From assembly GCF_000255295.1 (NCBI RefSeq), contig NC_017030.1, positions 6,294,328 to 6,358,327 of the forward strand: DNA of 64,000 nt, written 5' to 3'. The DNA is from Corallococcus coralloides DSM 2259. GTDB taxonomy: Bacteria; Myxococcota; Myxococcia; Myxococcales; Myxococcaceae. Position 1 is the stretch's first letter. Every line of letters starts with the position of its first letter. The notes beneath the pieces were generated by a model. It did not search any database, was not told where the DNA came from, and worked only from the letters and a program-made list of their open reading frames with translations. A program made the position numbers and the translations under genes. This document shows positions 1-8,809 of this stretch, one piece after another.

Positions 1-458
1 TCAACTTCTGCCTGGGGGGTGCGTGCTATCCGGAGGGGCACGTGGAGACGGCGTCGCGCGAGGACGACCTCAAGCACCTGAAGGCCAAGGTGGATGCGGG
101 GATGGACTTCGTGGTGACGCAGCTCTTCTTCGACAACGCCTTCTATTTCGACTTCGTGGAGCGGGCGCGGCGGGCGGGCATCAACGTCCCCATCGTCCCC
201 GGCATCATGCCCATCACCAACTACGAGCAGGTCCAGCGCTTCACGCGCATGTGTGGCGCGACGGTGCCCATGCGTCTGGCGTTGCAGATGGAGCGCGTGA
301 AGGATCAGCCGGACGCCGTCGTGCAGTTGGGCGTGGCGCACGCCACGGTGCAGTGCATGGAGCTGCTCGCGCGCGGCGTGCCGGGCATCCACTTCTACAC
401 GCTGAACAAGTCTCCCGCGACGCGGATGATCGTGGGCGCGCTGAAGGGGCGGTCATGA
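1..458 (+). CDS. metF: 5,10-methylenetetrahydrofolate reductase, C-terminal part (5' end lies outside the window)
   Basis: The translation (VVTQLFFDNAFYFDFVERARRAGINVPIVPGIMPI..HFYTLN) matches the MetF family. The reading frame is open to the window edge. The stop overlaps the next start as ATGA at 455-458. Confidence 0.85.
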   Translation, partial: NFCLGGACYPEGHVETASREDDLKHLKAKVDAGMDFVVTQLFFDNAFYFDFVERARRAGINVPIVPGIMPITNYEQVQRFTRMCGATVPMRLALQMERVKDQPDAVVQLGVAHATVQCMELLARGVPGIHFYTLNKSPATRMIVGALKGRS

Positions 459-877
459 GCGGTCCTGGTCCTCAGCTGGCGCCGGGTGACCCGCGCCTCA
501 AGATCTTCCAGATCGTGCGCTTCCCGGCGTTCTTCCTGCTCATCGTCGGCGTGCTGCACGTCACCTTCAGCCTGCTGGGCGGGGTGCTGGCGGCGCTGAA
601 GGTGGCGTCGCCCTTCTCCACGCCGGGGCAGGCGCCGGTGGTGCTGGAGTTCACGATGGGCTTCTCGCTGGCCATCCTGGGCGGGATCCTCTGCGGGCTG
701 CTCGCCATCTGGGGTGCGTGGAACGCGATGAACCTCAAGGGGTACGGCCTGGCGACGGTGGGCGCCATCTGCGCGATGTACACGCTGACGCCCGGCTGCT
801 TCATTGGCGTGCCGGTGGCGGTGTGGATGCTCTTCACGCTGCGCCGTGACGGCGTGCGCGAGGCCTTCGCACCATGA
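455..877 (+). CDS. small polytopic membrane protein of unknown function, about 140 aa
   Basis: The ATG at 455 overlaps the metF stop (ATGA), and its own stop overlaps the hom start (ATGA at 874-877). It has 3-4 hydrophobic helices (FFLLIVGVLHVTFSLLGGVLAAL; FSLAILGGILCGLLAIWGAW). GC3 is high. Confidence 0.55.
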   Translation: MSGPGPQLAPGDPRLKIFQIVRFPAFFLLIVGVLHVTFSLLGGVLAALKVASPFSTPGQAPVVLEFTMGFSLAILGGILCGLLAIWGAWNAMNLKGYGLATVGAICAMYTLTPGCFIGVPVAVWMLFTLRRDGVREAFAP

Positions 878-1929
878 ACCCGCGCGCCGTCCGCACGGTG
901 CGCTTCCTGCTCACGGGCCTGGGCAACGTGGGCGTGCCGCTGCTGGAGATCCTCCAGTCGCGCGCGTCACTGTTGATGGAGCGCTACCGGCTGGAGCTGC
1001 TGCCGGTGGGGCTGGCGGACTCGGGCGGCGCGGCGGTGTCGCCGAACGGGTTGGACATCGGCGCGGTGCTGGCGGTGAAGCGGGCGCGGCATTCCGTGGC
1101 GTCGCTGCCGGTGGTGGGGCGTCCGGGGATGAGCGGGCGCGACCTGGTGCGCGAGGTGAAGGCGGACCTCCTGCTGGAGGCCACGCCCACGAGCTTCCAG
1201 GACGGGCAGCCCGGGTTGGACATCACGCGGGACGCGCTGTCGCGGGGCATGGCGGCGGTGCTCGCGAGCAAGGGGCCGCTGGTGCTGGGGTTCCAGGAGC
1301 TGGCGGGCCTGAGCGACCTGGAGTCGCCGGGCCGCCCTCCCCTGCGCTTCAGCGCGGCGGTGGGCGCGTCGATGCCGCTGGTGAACGTGGGCCGGCGGGA
1401 CCTGGCGCTGGGGAAGCTGGGCCGGTTCGAGGGCGTGCTCAACAGCACCAGCCACCTGCTGCTGTGCCGCATGGCGGAGGGCCGGACGTACGAGGCCGCG
1501 CTGGCGGAGGCGCAGGCGCTGGGCATCGCGGAGACGGACCCCACGCTGGACGTGGACGGCTGGGACACCGCGGGCAAGCTGGTCATCCTGGCCAACGCGG
1601 TGATGCGCGTGCCCACGACGCTGAAGGACGTGTCCGTGACGGGCATGCGCGGCGTGACGCGCGCGGAGCTGGACGCGGCGAAGGCGAAGGGCGGCCAGGT
1701 GCTGCTCCTGGCGCGCAGCGAGCCCGTGGGCGCGGAGCAGTGGGAGTGGAGCGTGCGGCCCACCGCCGTGGACGCGTCCCATCCCCTGGCCCGGCTGGGC
1801 GCGATGGAGATGGGCGCGGTGTTCCGCAGTGATTTGCACGGCGTGAACACCGTCATCAACGGTGAGCAGGGCGCCCGGGGCACGGGCGCGGCGATGCTGA
1901 AGGACGTGCTGGAGATCTTCCCGGACTGA
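874..1929 (+). CDS. hom: homoserine dehydrogenase
   Basis: N-terminal NAD-binding motif LTGLGNVG and the catalytic region GIAETDPTLDVDGWDTAGKL are typical of Hom. It is translationally coupled to the upstream gene. Confidence 0.9.
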   Translation: MNPRAVRTVRFLLTGLGNVGVPLLEILQSRASLLMERYRLELLPVGLADSGGAAVSPNGLDIGAVLAVKRARHSVASLPVVGRPGMSGRDLVREVKADLLLEATPTSFQDGQPGLDITRDALSRGMAAVLASKGPLVLGFQELAGLSDLESPGRPPLRFSAAVGASMPLVNVGRRDLALGKLGRFEGVLNSTSHLLLCRMAEGRTYEAALAEAQALGIAETDPTLDVDGWDTAGKLVILANAVMRVPTTLKDVSVTGMRGVTRAELDAAKAKGGQVLLLARSEPVGAEQWEWSVRPTAVDASHPLARLGAMEMGAVFRSDLHGVNTVINGEQGARGTGAAMLKDVLEIFPD

Positions 1930-1932
1930 AGC

Positions 1933-2868
1933 TCAGCCCAGGGACTTCATGAGCCGCTCCAGCAGCGGCTCCACGAGTTCCTGCCCGCGCAGCTGTGAAC
2001 GCCAGCGGTGGGGAATGCCCTCCAGGCCGTGGATGAGTCCCGCGATGCCGCCCGCCACGCAGGCCGTGGTGTCCGTGTCGTGGCCCAGCCGGATGGCGGA
2101 TTTGACGACCTCTTCGTAGGACTTCCCGTTCGCCACGCAGGCCCGGGCGGAGCGCAGGCAGTCCACGACGTAGCCGCCGCCCATTCCCGGTGCCGGGTCG
2201 TCCGGGCGGATGTGGGCTTCCAGTTCCTCCCGCTGCGGGAAGCCTTCGACATACAGGTCGCGGAACGTGGCCACGGCTTCGGCCCACGGGTCCGCCGCGC
2301 CTTCCAGGATGCGCCGGGCCCAGAGGCAATACAGCGCGCAGCACACCTGGGCTCGCACGTGGCCATGTGTCACCCGCGACTGAGCCATGGCATCCGAGAC
2401 GAGCGCCGCGTCCTGGCCCTGGTGCCACAGGGCCAGGGGGAGCACGCGCATCAGCGAGCCATTGCCGTTGTCCATGGTGCCGTTGGGCCCCGCGAGCATC
2501 GCCGGGGTGCCGTCGCGCAACCGGCGCAGGGCCGTGCTGGTCTGGATGCCCACGTCGAACACGTCGCCGTCCACGGCGAGGTAGCCCCAGTCCTGCCAGT
2601 TCACCAGCCGCCGGCCCAGGTCCTCGCAGTCGAGCCGCTTCTGATACGTCAGTGAATCCAGCAGACACAGCGCATGGGCGCCGTCGTCCGACCAGGTGCC
2701 CGGGGGGACGCGGTCATGCGCGCGGTCGAAGCCCGGCGGCGGGTCGTATTCGATGGCCTCGGGAGACGGAATCCGCTCGGGCCGGTGGAACTCGTAGGGC
2801 ACACCGAGCGCATCACCGATGAGCAACCCATACAGTCCTCCCGCGATGCGTTCCGCGCGTTGCATCAT
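1933..2868 (-). CDS. ADP-ribosylglycohydrolase family protein (DraG-like)
   Basis: Family motifs GDALGVPYEF, DDGAHALCL, GNGSLMRVLP and GHDTDTTACVAGGIAGL are present. The start ATGATG at 2868/2865 is preceded by GGAGGTGGGG on the coding strand. The longer in-frame upstream ORF, up to 3009, is rejected. Confidence 0.8.
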   Translation of the reverse strand: MMQRAERIAGGLYGLLIGDALGVPYEFHRPERIPSPEAIEYDPPPGFDRAHDRVPPGTWSDDGAHALCLLDSLTYQKRLDCEDLGRRLVNWQDWGYLAVDGDVFDVGIQTSTALRRLRDGTPAMLAGPNGTMDNGNGSLMRVLPLALWHQGQDAALVSDAMAQSRVTHGHVRAQVCCALYCLWARRILEGAADPWAEAVATFRDLYVEGFPQREELEAHIRPDDPAPGMGGGYVVDCLRSARACVANGKSYEEVVKSAIRLGHDTDTTACVAGGIAGLIHGLEGIPHRWRSQLRGQELVEPLLERLMKSLG

Positions 2869-3023
2869 GTCCCCACCTCCCAGGTCCGCGACCCGCGCAT
2901 AGTGTACCCAGGACACCATCCTTGTAAAGGCTGACGGCTCGCGCGGTGTCCACGGTTCATGCCAAGCTTTCGCGCCCTTCCCGTCTTGAACGGAAAGCCC
3001 CATCCTCACGAGGCGCGCTCCGA

Positions 3024-6000
3024 ATGCGTCGACGCCCCCTGCTGCTTGCCCTTGGTCTGTCTGTCCTGGCCGCCTGTTCCCCGGTGGAGCCGGAGGCGCC
3101 GGCTTCGCCCGAGACGTTTGGCGAAGCCTCGCGGGCGCAATCCGTGCCGGTGGAAAAGGCTTACGACATCCAGTTGACCTGGGACGGCGCGACGAAGTGC
3201 CCCACCTGCATGTACCCGTCCTATGCCTGCTCGGACAACACCGGAAACTGGAACGGTGGGGCCCGGAGCTTCAGGGATCCCGTCACGCCCGGTTGGGTGG
3301 TGATGTTCTTCTCGGCGGAAGTCTTCGGCCGTGGCTACGACGGCGGGTTCACGACCGTCCTGCTGAACGGCCACGAACTGGGGACCCGCAACATGACCCC
3401 GGATCTCGCCCGGCTGTGCCGTGGCTGCGAGTCGCCGGAGGTCTCGGCCAAGGCGAATGACGCCATGGGGGTGCCCGGCTATCGATACGGCGACACCAAT
3501 ACCCTCACGCTGCGGACGGAACGGACCAACTGCTTCGCCGCCGTCAAGATTCACATGAAGACGGGGCGGCCCCTGCTCAAGGTCAATCCAGAGCGCCTGT
3601 CCTTCGGATCGATCGCCGTGGGCTCATCCGCCTCCCAGAAGGTGAAGCTGACCAACGAGGGCGTCGTCCCGCTCCTCATCGACTCCCTGTCGGTTCCCCT
3701 CCCCTTCAAGCTGACGCCGGTGTCACTGCCCTTCACCCTCATGGATGGCGCGAGCCTGGACGTGACCGTGACGTACGCGCCCACGGCCGACCGCGTGGAC
3801 TCCGGGATCCTGAACGTGCTGAGCCGCGACCCCGACAGGGGCTCCCTGCCGATTCAGCTCGAGGGTTCGGGCGGAGCCCCGAAGCTCCAGCTCACGCCGA
3901 GCGCGCTCGACTTCGGCCCCGTACGTGTGGGCACGAGCGGCAGCCTGCTCCTCCAGGTGAAGAACGTGGGGAGCCTGCCGCTCACGATCCCCGCCGTGCT
4001 GACACAAGCCCCCTTCTCCGTGAGCGGCCTGCCTCCGGGGGGCAGCGTGGTGCAGCCACAGGCGGTCCTCCCGCTGACGGTGACCTTCACGGCGACGGCG
4101 GGTGTGTCGTCCCTTCCGCTGTACATCCAGGCCGAGGGCTCCGCCACGCCGCTCGCGGAGGTCGCGCTGCATGGCGTTGGCATCGAACCCGCCATCGCCG
4201 TGGGGGCGACCTCGCTGGACTTCGGTGTGCACACCGCGGGCGTCGACCCTGTTCGCAAGACGCTGGCGGTCAGCAACACGGGCCTGGACGACCTCATCCT
4301 CACCGCCTTCGACGTCGAGGCGCCCTTCACGGTGGAGTCCGGCCTTCCGCTGACCCTCAAGGCCCGGGACCAGGCGAACCTGACGGTGGCCTACGCCCCA
4401 GGGGCAGGCCGCGCCGCGAAGGACCTCACCCTGCGAAGCAATGATCCGCGCACCCCGGCCGTGAAGGTGGCGCTCACCGGCACGGGCGTGGAGATCCCCG
4501 CGCTCAAGGTCACCACGCCCGATGGCGGCACGACGCTGGAGTTCGGCTCGCGCGAGGTCAACTCCGTGAGCGCGCCCCAGGCATTGACGCTCAAGAACGA
4601 GGGGGCCGGAACGCTGGTGGTGGAGCCCATCCAGGCGCCCACGGGCTTCGCCGTGACGCCCGCGGGACGGTTCAGCCTGGCTCCCGGTGCCACGACCCAG
4701 GTCCAGGTCACCTTCGAGCCTCCGCATATCGCCCAGTTCGCGCAGGAGCTGGTGCTGAGCGCGGACGGCCCGGGTGGCTCCATCCGGACCGTGCCGCTCA
4801 GCGGACAAGGCGTCGAGGGAAAGCTGACCGCCACCCCCTCGGCCCTGTCCTTCGCGCGGACGGAGGCGGGGAAGAGCAGCAAGGCGGTGCAGGTGACGAT
4901 CGTCAATTCGGGGACGGACAAGCTCACCCTCAGCACCATCGCGGTGGCGGGGCCGTTCTCGGTGGTGCTTCCGAAGCTTCCGCTGGAGCTCCCGCCGCGC
5001 GACGCCTTCACGATGGACGTCACCTTCAGCCCGCTCGAGGACGGCGCCGCGACCGGAGTGCTCCGCGTGTTCTCGAACGCGCCGTCGTCTCCCACGGTGG
5101 TGAAGCTGGACGGTGAGGGGCTCCAGGCTGTCGCCCGGATGGCGAACGACGTGATGGAGTTCGGCGGTCAGCGGTTGGGGGGCCTGAGCCCGCCCCGGGA
5201 GCTCACGCTGTTCAACATGGGGAGCGAGTCGCTGAACGTGACGGCGGTGAACGTGAGCGGCCCGTTCCAGGTCTCGGGGCTCAACGTGGGCACCAGCGTG
5301 CCGCCGCTCGCGAACCGCACGTTCCAGGTCAGCTACAAGCCGACCGAGGCCACCTCGGAGCAAGGCGTGCTGGAGGTCCAGAGCAACGCGCCGCGCGCTG
5401 CCCAGGTGACGCTGCGGGGCACGGGGACCACGGCCTCGATGGAAACCTCCGTGACGGCGCTGACCTTCGGCGCCCAGTTCCTCGGGGAGGCCTCGCAGCG
5501 CGTCGTGGAGCTGCGCAACACCGGCACGAGCCCCGTCACCCTCACGGGACTGGATCCGGTGGACGGGTTCTCCGTGTCGGGGCTGCCGCTGCCCCATGTC
5601 GTGGCGCCCGGCACCAGCTACCCCTTCTACGTCGTTTTCGAGCCAGCGCGGCCGGGCGATTACGCAGGGTCGCTCGCGGTGCGGCACGATGCGTCCTCCA
5701 CGCCGCTGATGATCGCGGTGCAGGGAGCCGGCGCGCAGCAGACGCTGACGGTGACGCCCGGAGCCATCGTCTTCGGCAACCAGCGGGTGGACGCCACCAG
5801 CCAGCCCCTGTCGTTGGAGCTCGTCAACACGGGCAACGTGCCCGTCACCGTGGAGGTGAAGTCCTCCGATGCCGCGTTCCGCGTGGACACGAGCGCGGTG
5901 AGCGGTGCCATCGCGGCCAGTAGCCGCGCCTCCATCCCGGTGACGTTCCATCCGACGCGCACGGGCACGGTGCGCGGAGAGGTCCGCGTGGTGCCGAGCG

Positions 6001-6161
6001 GTGGCGGACTGGGACCCACGGTCGTTCCCGTGGAGGGGATTGGCGAGGCCGTCACCGTGGAGGGCAGCGGCTGCTCCGTGGGTGGGGCCGGCGGGGCCTG
6101 GGTGCTGGCGGCATGGTTGTTGGCGAGGCGAAGGGCCCGTCGCGGTCAGCAGGCCCGCTAG
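3024..6161 (+). CDS. secreted lipoprotein with at least 8 tandem ~95-aa Ig-like/ASH (choice-of-anchor-D-like) beta-sandwich repeats and a C-terminal MYXO-CTERM sorting signal
   Basis: Lipoprotein signal MRRRPLLLALGLSVLAAC. Repeated units of the form L.FG.V.VG.S....V.N.G...L.I. The C-terminus GSGCSVGGAGGAWVLAAWLLARRRARRG has the Cys / Gly-rich / TM / Arg-rich pattern of MYXO-CTERM. The distinct ~160-aa N-terminal Cys-containing domain has unknown function. Confidence 0.8.
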   Translation: MRRRPLLLALGLSVLAACSPVEPEAPASPETFGEASRAQSVPVEKAYDIQLTWDGATKCPTCMYPSYACSDNTGNWNGGARSFRDPVTPGWVVMFFSAEVFGRGYDGGFTTVLLNGHELGTRNMTPDLARLCRGCESPEVSAKANDAMGVPGYRYGDTNTLTLRTERTNCFAAVKIHMKTGRPLLKVNPERLSFGSIAVGSSASQKVKLTNEGVVPLLIDSLSVPLPFKLTPVSLPFTLMDGASLDVTVTYAPTADRVDSGILNVLSRDPDRGSLPIQLEGSGGAPKLQLTPSALDFGPVRVGTSGSLLLQVKNVGSLPLTIPAVLTQAPFSVSGLPPGGSVVQPQAVLPLTVTFTATAGVSSLPLYIQAEGSATPLAEVALHGVGIEPAIAVGATSLDFGVHTAGVDPVRKTLAVSNTGLDDLILTAFDVEAPFTVESGLPLTLKARDQANLTVAYAPGAGRAAKDLTLRSNDPRTPAVKVALTGTGVEIPALKVTTPDGGTTLEFGSREVNSVSAPQALTLKNEGAGTLVVEPIQAPTGFAVTPAGRFSLAPGATTQVQVTFEPPHIAQFAQELVLSADGPGGSIRTVPLSGQGVEGKLTATPSALSFARTEAGKSSKAVQVTIVNSGTDKLTLSTIAVAGPFSVVLPKLPLELPPRDAFTMDVTFSPLEDGAATGVLRVFSNAPSSPTVVKLDGEGLQAVARMANDVMEFGGQRLGGLSPPRELTLFNMGSESLNVTAVNVSGPFQVSGLNVGTSVPPLANRTFQVSYKPTEATSEQGVLEVQSNAPRAAQVTLRGTGTTASMETSVTALTFGAQFLGEASQRVVELRNTGTSPVTLTGLDPVDGFSVSGLPLPHVVAPGTSYPFYVVFEPARPGDYAGSLAVRHDASSTPLMIAVQGAGAQQTLTVTPGAIVFGNQRVDATSQPLSLELVNTGNVPVTVEVKSSDAAFRVDTSAVSGAIAASSRASIPVTFHPTRTGTVRGEVRVVPSGGGLGPTVVPVEGIGEAVTVEGSGCSVGGAGGAWVLAAWLLARRRARRGQQAR

Positions 6162-6186
6162 GCTCCCGGGCCCGGTGCGGCCAGAA

Positions 6187-6246
6187 CCTGTCCGACTGTC
6201 GGACAGGTTTTCGCGGGCCGCAGCTGTCCGACTGTCGGACAGGTTT
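6187..6246 (+). terminator. tandem pair of palindromic hairpins, each followed by a T-run, between two convergent genes
   Basis: CCTGTCCGACTGTCGGACAGG occurs twice, at 6187-6207 and 6223-6243, each followed by TTT(T). The stems are perfect 10-nt inverted repeats. The site lies between the + strand lipoprotein stop (6161) and the - strand OmpA stop (6283). Confidence 0.5.
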
Positions 6247-6282
6247 CCGCAGGGTGCCTCCGCCGGGGAGGCCCTCCTGGAC

Positions 6283-7833
6283 TCAGGGGGGAGGAGGCGC
6301 GGGGACGGTGCGGGCCGAAGTGGGCTCGCCCAGGATCAACAGAAGCTCCGCGCGGCGGTTCTCGCCCCGGCCCGCTGGCGTTCCGTTGGAACCCGCGGGC
6401 CGGCGTGCACCGAGGCCCCGGGCTTCCAACCGGTGGGCCGGGACGCCCTTTCGCACCAGGTAGTCGCGCACTGCTTCCGCGCGAGCGAGGGACAGGCGCT
6501 GGTTGGAGGCGGAGGAGCCTTCCGCGTCCGTGTGGCCTTCGATGACGACGCGCTCCACTTCCGGATGCTCCAGCAGCACCCGCGCCACCTGATCCAGGAC
6601 GCGTGAGCGGCCCGGCAGCGTCGTCGCGCCGACCTCGAAGAAGACCTGGCCATGGAGGACGAGGCGCTCGCGGGTCAGGGTGACAAGCGGGTCTCCGGTC
6701 TCCGGGCAGCCACCGTGTTCGCGGGTCCCCTGTTCGTGGATGCAGGCGTCCAGCACGTCCACGACACCGTCGCCGTCCGTGTCGGTCTCGGAGAGCGACA
6801 CATCCTTGGAGGGCTCGGGAGGTGGAGGTTCGGAAGGCGTGGGTTCAGGTTCAAGCTGCGGCTCGGCGGGAGCACGCGGCAGGCTCTGGACGAGCTCGTA
6901 GACGATGTCCTCCGGAGGCGGAGGTGGCGGCTTGTCGAAGAGAAGCGCGAAGCCCGCGAGCACCCGGTAACGGGGCGCGCCCGGCTCCGCGCCCAGGCCC
7001 GCCCCCCCCAGCGCGAAGAACTCCCAGGGCCGGGCCGGTGCGTAGCGCAGGCCGCCCAGCAGCTCGCCGCTGGTGCGCTGCTGCCGCCACGAGTACGCGC
7101 CGAGCGCCGACACCTCCGCGCGCAGGGCGTACCCCACCGTCAGCCCCACTCCGGCGCGCAGCTCATTGCCCACGCCGTTGAGGCTGTCCACTCCGGAGTC
7201 CGTCGAGACCGCGCGACGCAGGAGCACGCCCACTTCCAGCGCCGGAGCCACGGGCCCCCAGCGCTTGCCCATCATGATCCGTCCCTGACCACGGACCCCC
7301 TGATCACGAGCAAGCGCCCCCGAGCCACCCACGGGCAACCGCACGTCCAGGTCGAGCGCCAGGTGGAAGGCCTCGGGAGCGGAGGTCCCCAGCAATCCCA
7401 ACCGGGCCGCGAGCCTCGGCGCCCCCAGCCCGCTGCGTGACGGCGGGGAAATGGACAGCACGGTGCTCACATCCGCACCGCTCTGGTGGATGACGCCAGG
7501 AAGCTGGGCCTGAAGCTCCAGCCAGGGCAGTACGCCCACAGCCAGCGACACCAGACCCGTGGTTCGGGACAGGACGAGCGGGTATTCGTCCGGCCCGTTC
7601 CGGACCGTCAGCGATCTCCGCTGGTAGTGCGCCATCAACGAGATGCGCAGCGCGCCGGGCGCCAGCAGCTCCCCGCTCCCCATTGTCAGGAGCCCCAGCC
7701 CCGGGTTCGGGTCCAGGCGCTCCAGGGAGAACATGGGCAGGGGCGTGGCGTCCTGGGCGCGCGCGGGGGCTGCGAGCAGCAGCAGTCCCAGCACGGCTCC
7801 GCCACGCGCACATCGGTGCAAGACCGGACCCAT
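6283..7833 (-). CDS. OmpA-family outer-membrane protein with thrombospondin type-3-like Asp-rich repeats
   Basis: C-terminal OmpA domain (FEVGATTL..GHTDAEGSSASNQRLSLARAEAV..NRRAELLI). Calcium-binding-like DTDGDGVVDVLD repeats. Signal peptide MGPVLHRCARGGAVLGLLLLAAPARA. The start at 7833 has GGAAGA 9 nt upstream. An alternative start is at 7851. Confidence 0.85.
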   Translation of the reverse strand: MGPVLHRCARGGAVLGLLLLAAPARAQDATPLPMFSLERLDPNPGLGLLTMGSGELLAPGALRISLMAHYQRRSLTVRNGPDEYPLVLSRTTGLVSLAVGVLPWLELQAQLPGVIHQSGADVSTVLSISPPSRSGLGAPRLAARLGLLGTSAPEAFHLALDLDVRLPVGGSGALARDQGVRGQGRIMMGKRWGPVAPALEVGVLLRRAVSTDSGVDSLNGVGNELRAGVGLTVGYALRAEVSALGAYSWRQQRTSGELLGGLRYAPARPWEFFALGGAGLGAEPGAPRYRVLAGFALLFDKPPPPPPEDIVYELVQSLPRAPAEPQLEPEPTPSEPPPPEPSKDVSLSETDTDGDGVVDVLDACIHEQGTREHGGCPETGDPLVTLTRERLVLHGQVFFEVGATTLPGRSRVLDQVARVLLEHPEVERVVIEGHTDAEGSSASNQRLSLARAEAVRDYLVRKGVPAHRLEARGLGARRPAGSNGTPAGRGENRRAELLLILGEPTSARTVPAPPPP

Positions 7834-8071
7834 GCGCGCATCTTCCGTCATGTCCCGCCCGGGACGAAGGGGAATGGCGGTTGGACTCGCACCTGCTGCG
7901 CACCTCCCCCTCACGGAAACATGCGCATGCAAAGGCAGTCATTCATGGGCGAGCATTCTCATGCGCTCGAAAACCTTCACGCCTGCGCTTCTTGATGCGG
8001 CCGGGTGCCCCCAAGACGCCGAGCCCGATATCCTATCAATGCAAGCGCGGACCCAGGACCCAGGAGGACAC

Positions 8072-8506
8072 ATGCGAGTCGCGATCATCGCCGGGCTGAT
8101 GGCTGTCGGGGTGTTGGCGGGATGTGGAAGAGAGGACTTGAACCAAGACGCGCAAGACATTCCGGCGACGCATGAGGCTGCCCTGCCATCCACATCGGAA
8201 TGCGAAGACACGTGCGATCAGCTGCGTGTCGCATGCCTCGACACCGCGGAGAACAGCGCACAGCGCATGGTGTGTCAGCGCGACTGGCTGGCATGCAACG
8301 AGGGCTGTGCTTCTTCCAATGCCGCGATGGCTCCGCCCGACAGCTGTGATCCGTTTGAGGACGACGGTTGGTGTCCCGTGTCCAGCAACAAGATCACCTG
8401 CTTCAACGGCGTCCAGATGGATGCGCACTGGACTCCGGACGGCTGGTGCATCAACGCGGACGTCTGCAAGAACTACGGCGGCCCCTGGGGCTGCCCGGAA
8501 TGGTGA
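8072..8506 (+). CDS. Cys-rich small lipoprotein, paralog 1 (about 14 Cys)
   Basis: RBS CAGGAGGA lies 4 nt before the ATG. Lipobox LAGC. C-terminal module APPDSCDP..DGWC...C.NG....TPDGWCI...CKN.GGP.GC. Codon usage is A/T-enriched and atypical for this genome. Confidence 0.65.
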   Translation: MRVAIIAGLMAVGVLAGCGREDLNQDAQDIPATHEAALPSTSECEDTCDQLRVACLDTAENSAQRMVCQRDWLACNEGCASSNAAMAPPDSCDPFEDDGWCPVSSNKITCFNGVQMDAHWTPDGWCINADVCKNYGGPWGCPEW

Positions 8507-8511
8507 GCGCC

Positions 8512-8802
8512 ATGAAGCGACAGACGCTCGCACTGGCCTTCAGCGTGGGGATGATGCTCGCCGGCTGTGGACCGGAAGCGGCCCCCACGCCGGAAACGGA
8601 AACAACCGGGGACCGGGTGCACGCCATGGCACCGCCGGACAGCTGTGATCCGGACATCGATGTCGGCTGGTGCCGGATCACCACGGACCGGGTCCGCTGC
8701 GCGAATGGCTTCTATATGTATGCCTATTCGACGCCAGACGGCTGGTGCATCCGCTACGACGCCTGCAAGAACCAGGGCGGGCCGTACGTATGCGGTCTGT
8801 GA
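8512..8802 (+). CDS. Cys-rich small lipoprotein, paralog 2 (about 8 Cys)
   Basis: It starts 6 nt after the paralog-1 stop. Lipobox LAGC. It shares the APPDSCDP-DxGWC-xC-NG-TPDGWCI-CKN-GGP-C module with the upstream gene. Confidence 0.65.
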   Translation: MKRQTLALAFSVGMMLAGCGPEAAPTPETETTGDRVHAMAPPDSCDPDIDVGWCRITTDRVRCANGFYMYAYSTPDGWCIRYDACKNQGGPYVCGL

Positions 8803-8809
8803 TGAAGTC

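Noticed and set aside
3723-5951. 742-aa minus-strand ORF
   Set aside because: It is a shadow frame of the repeat-lipoprotein gene.
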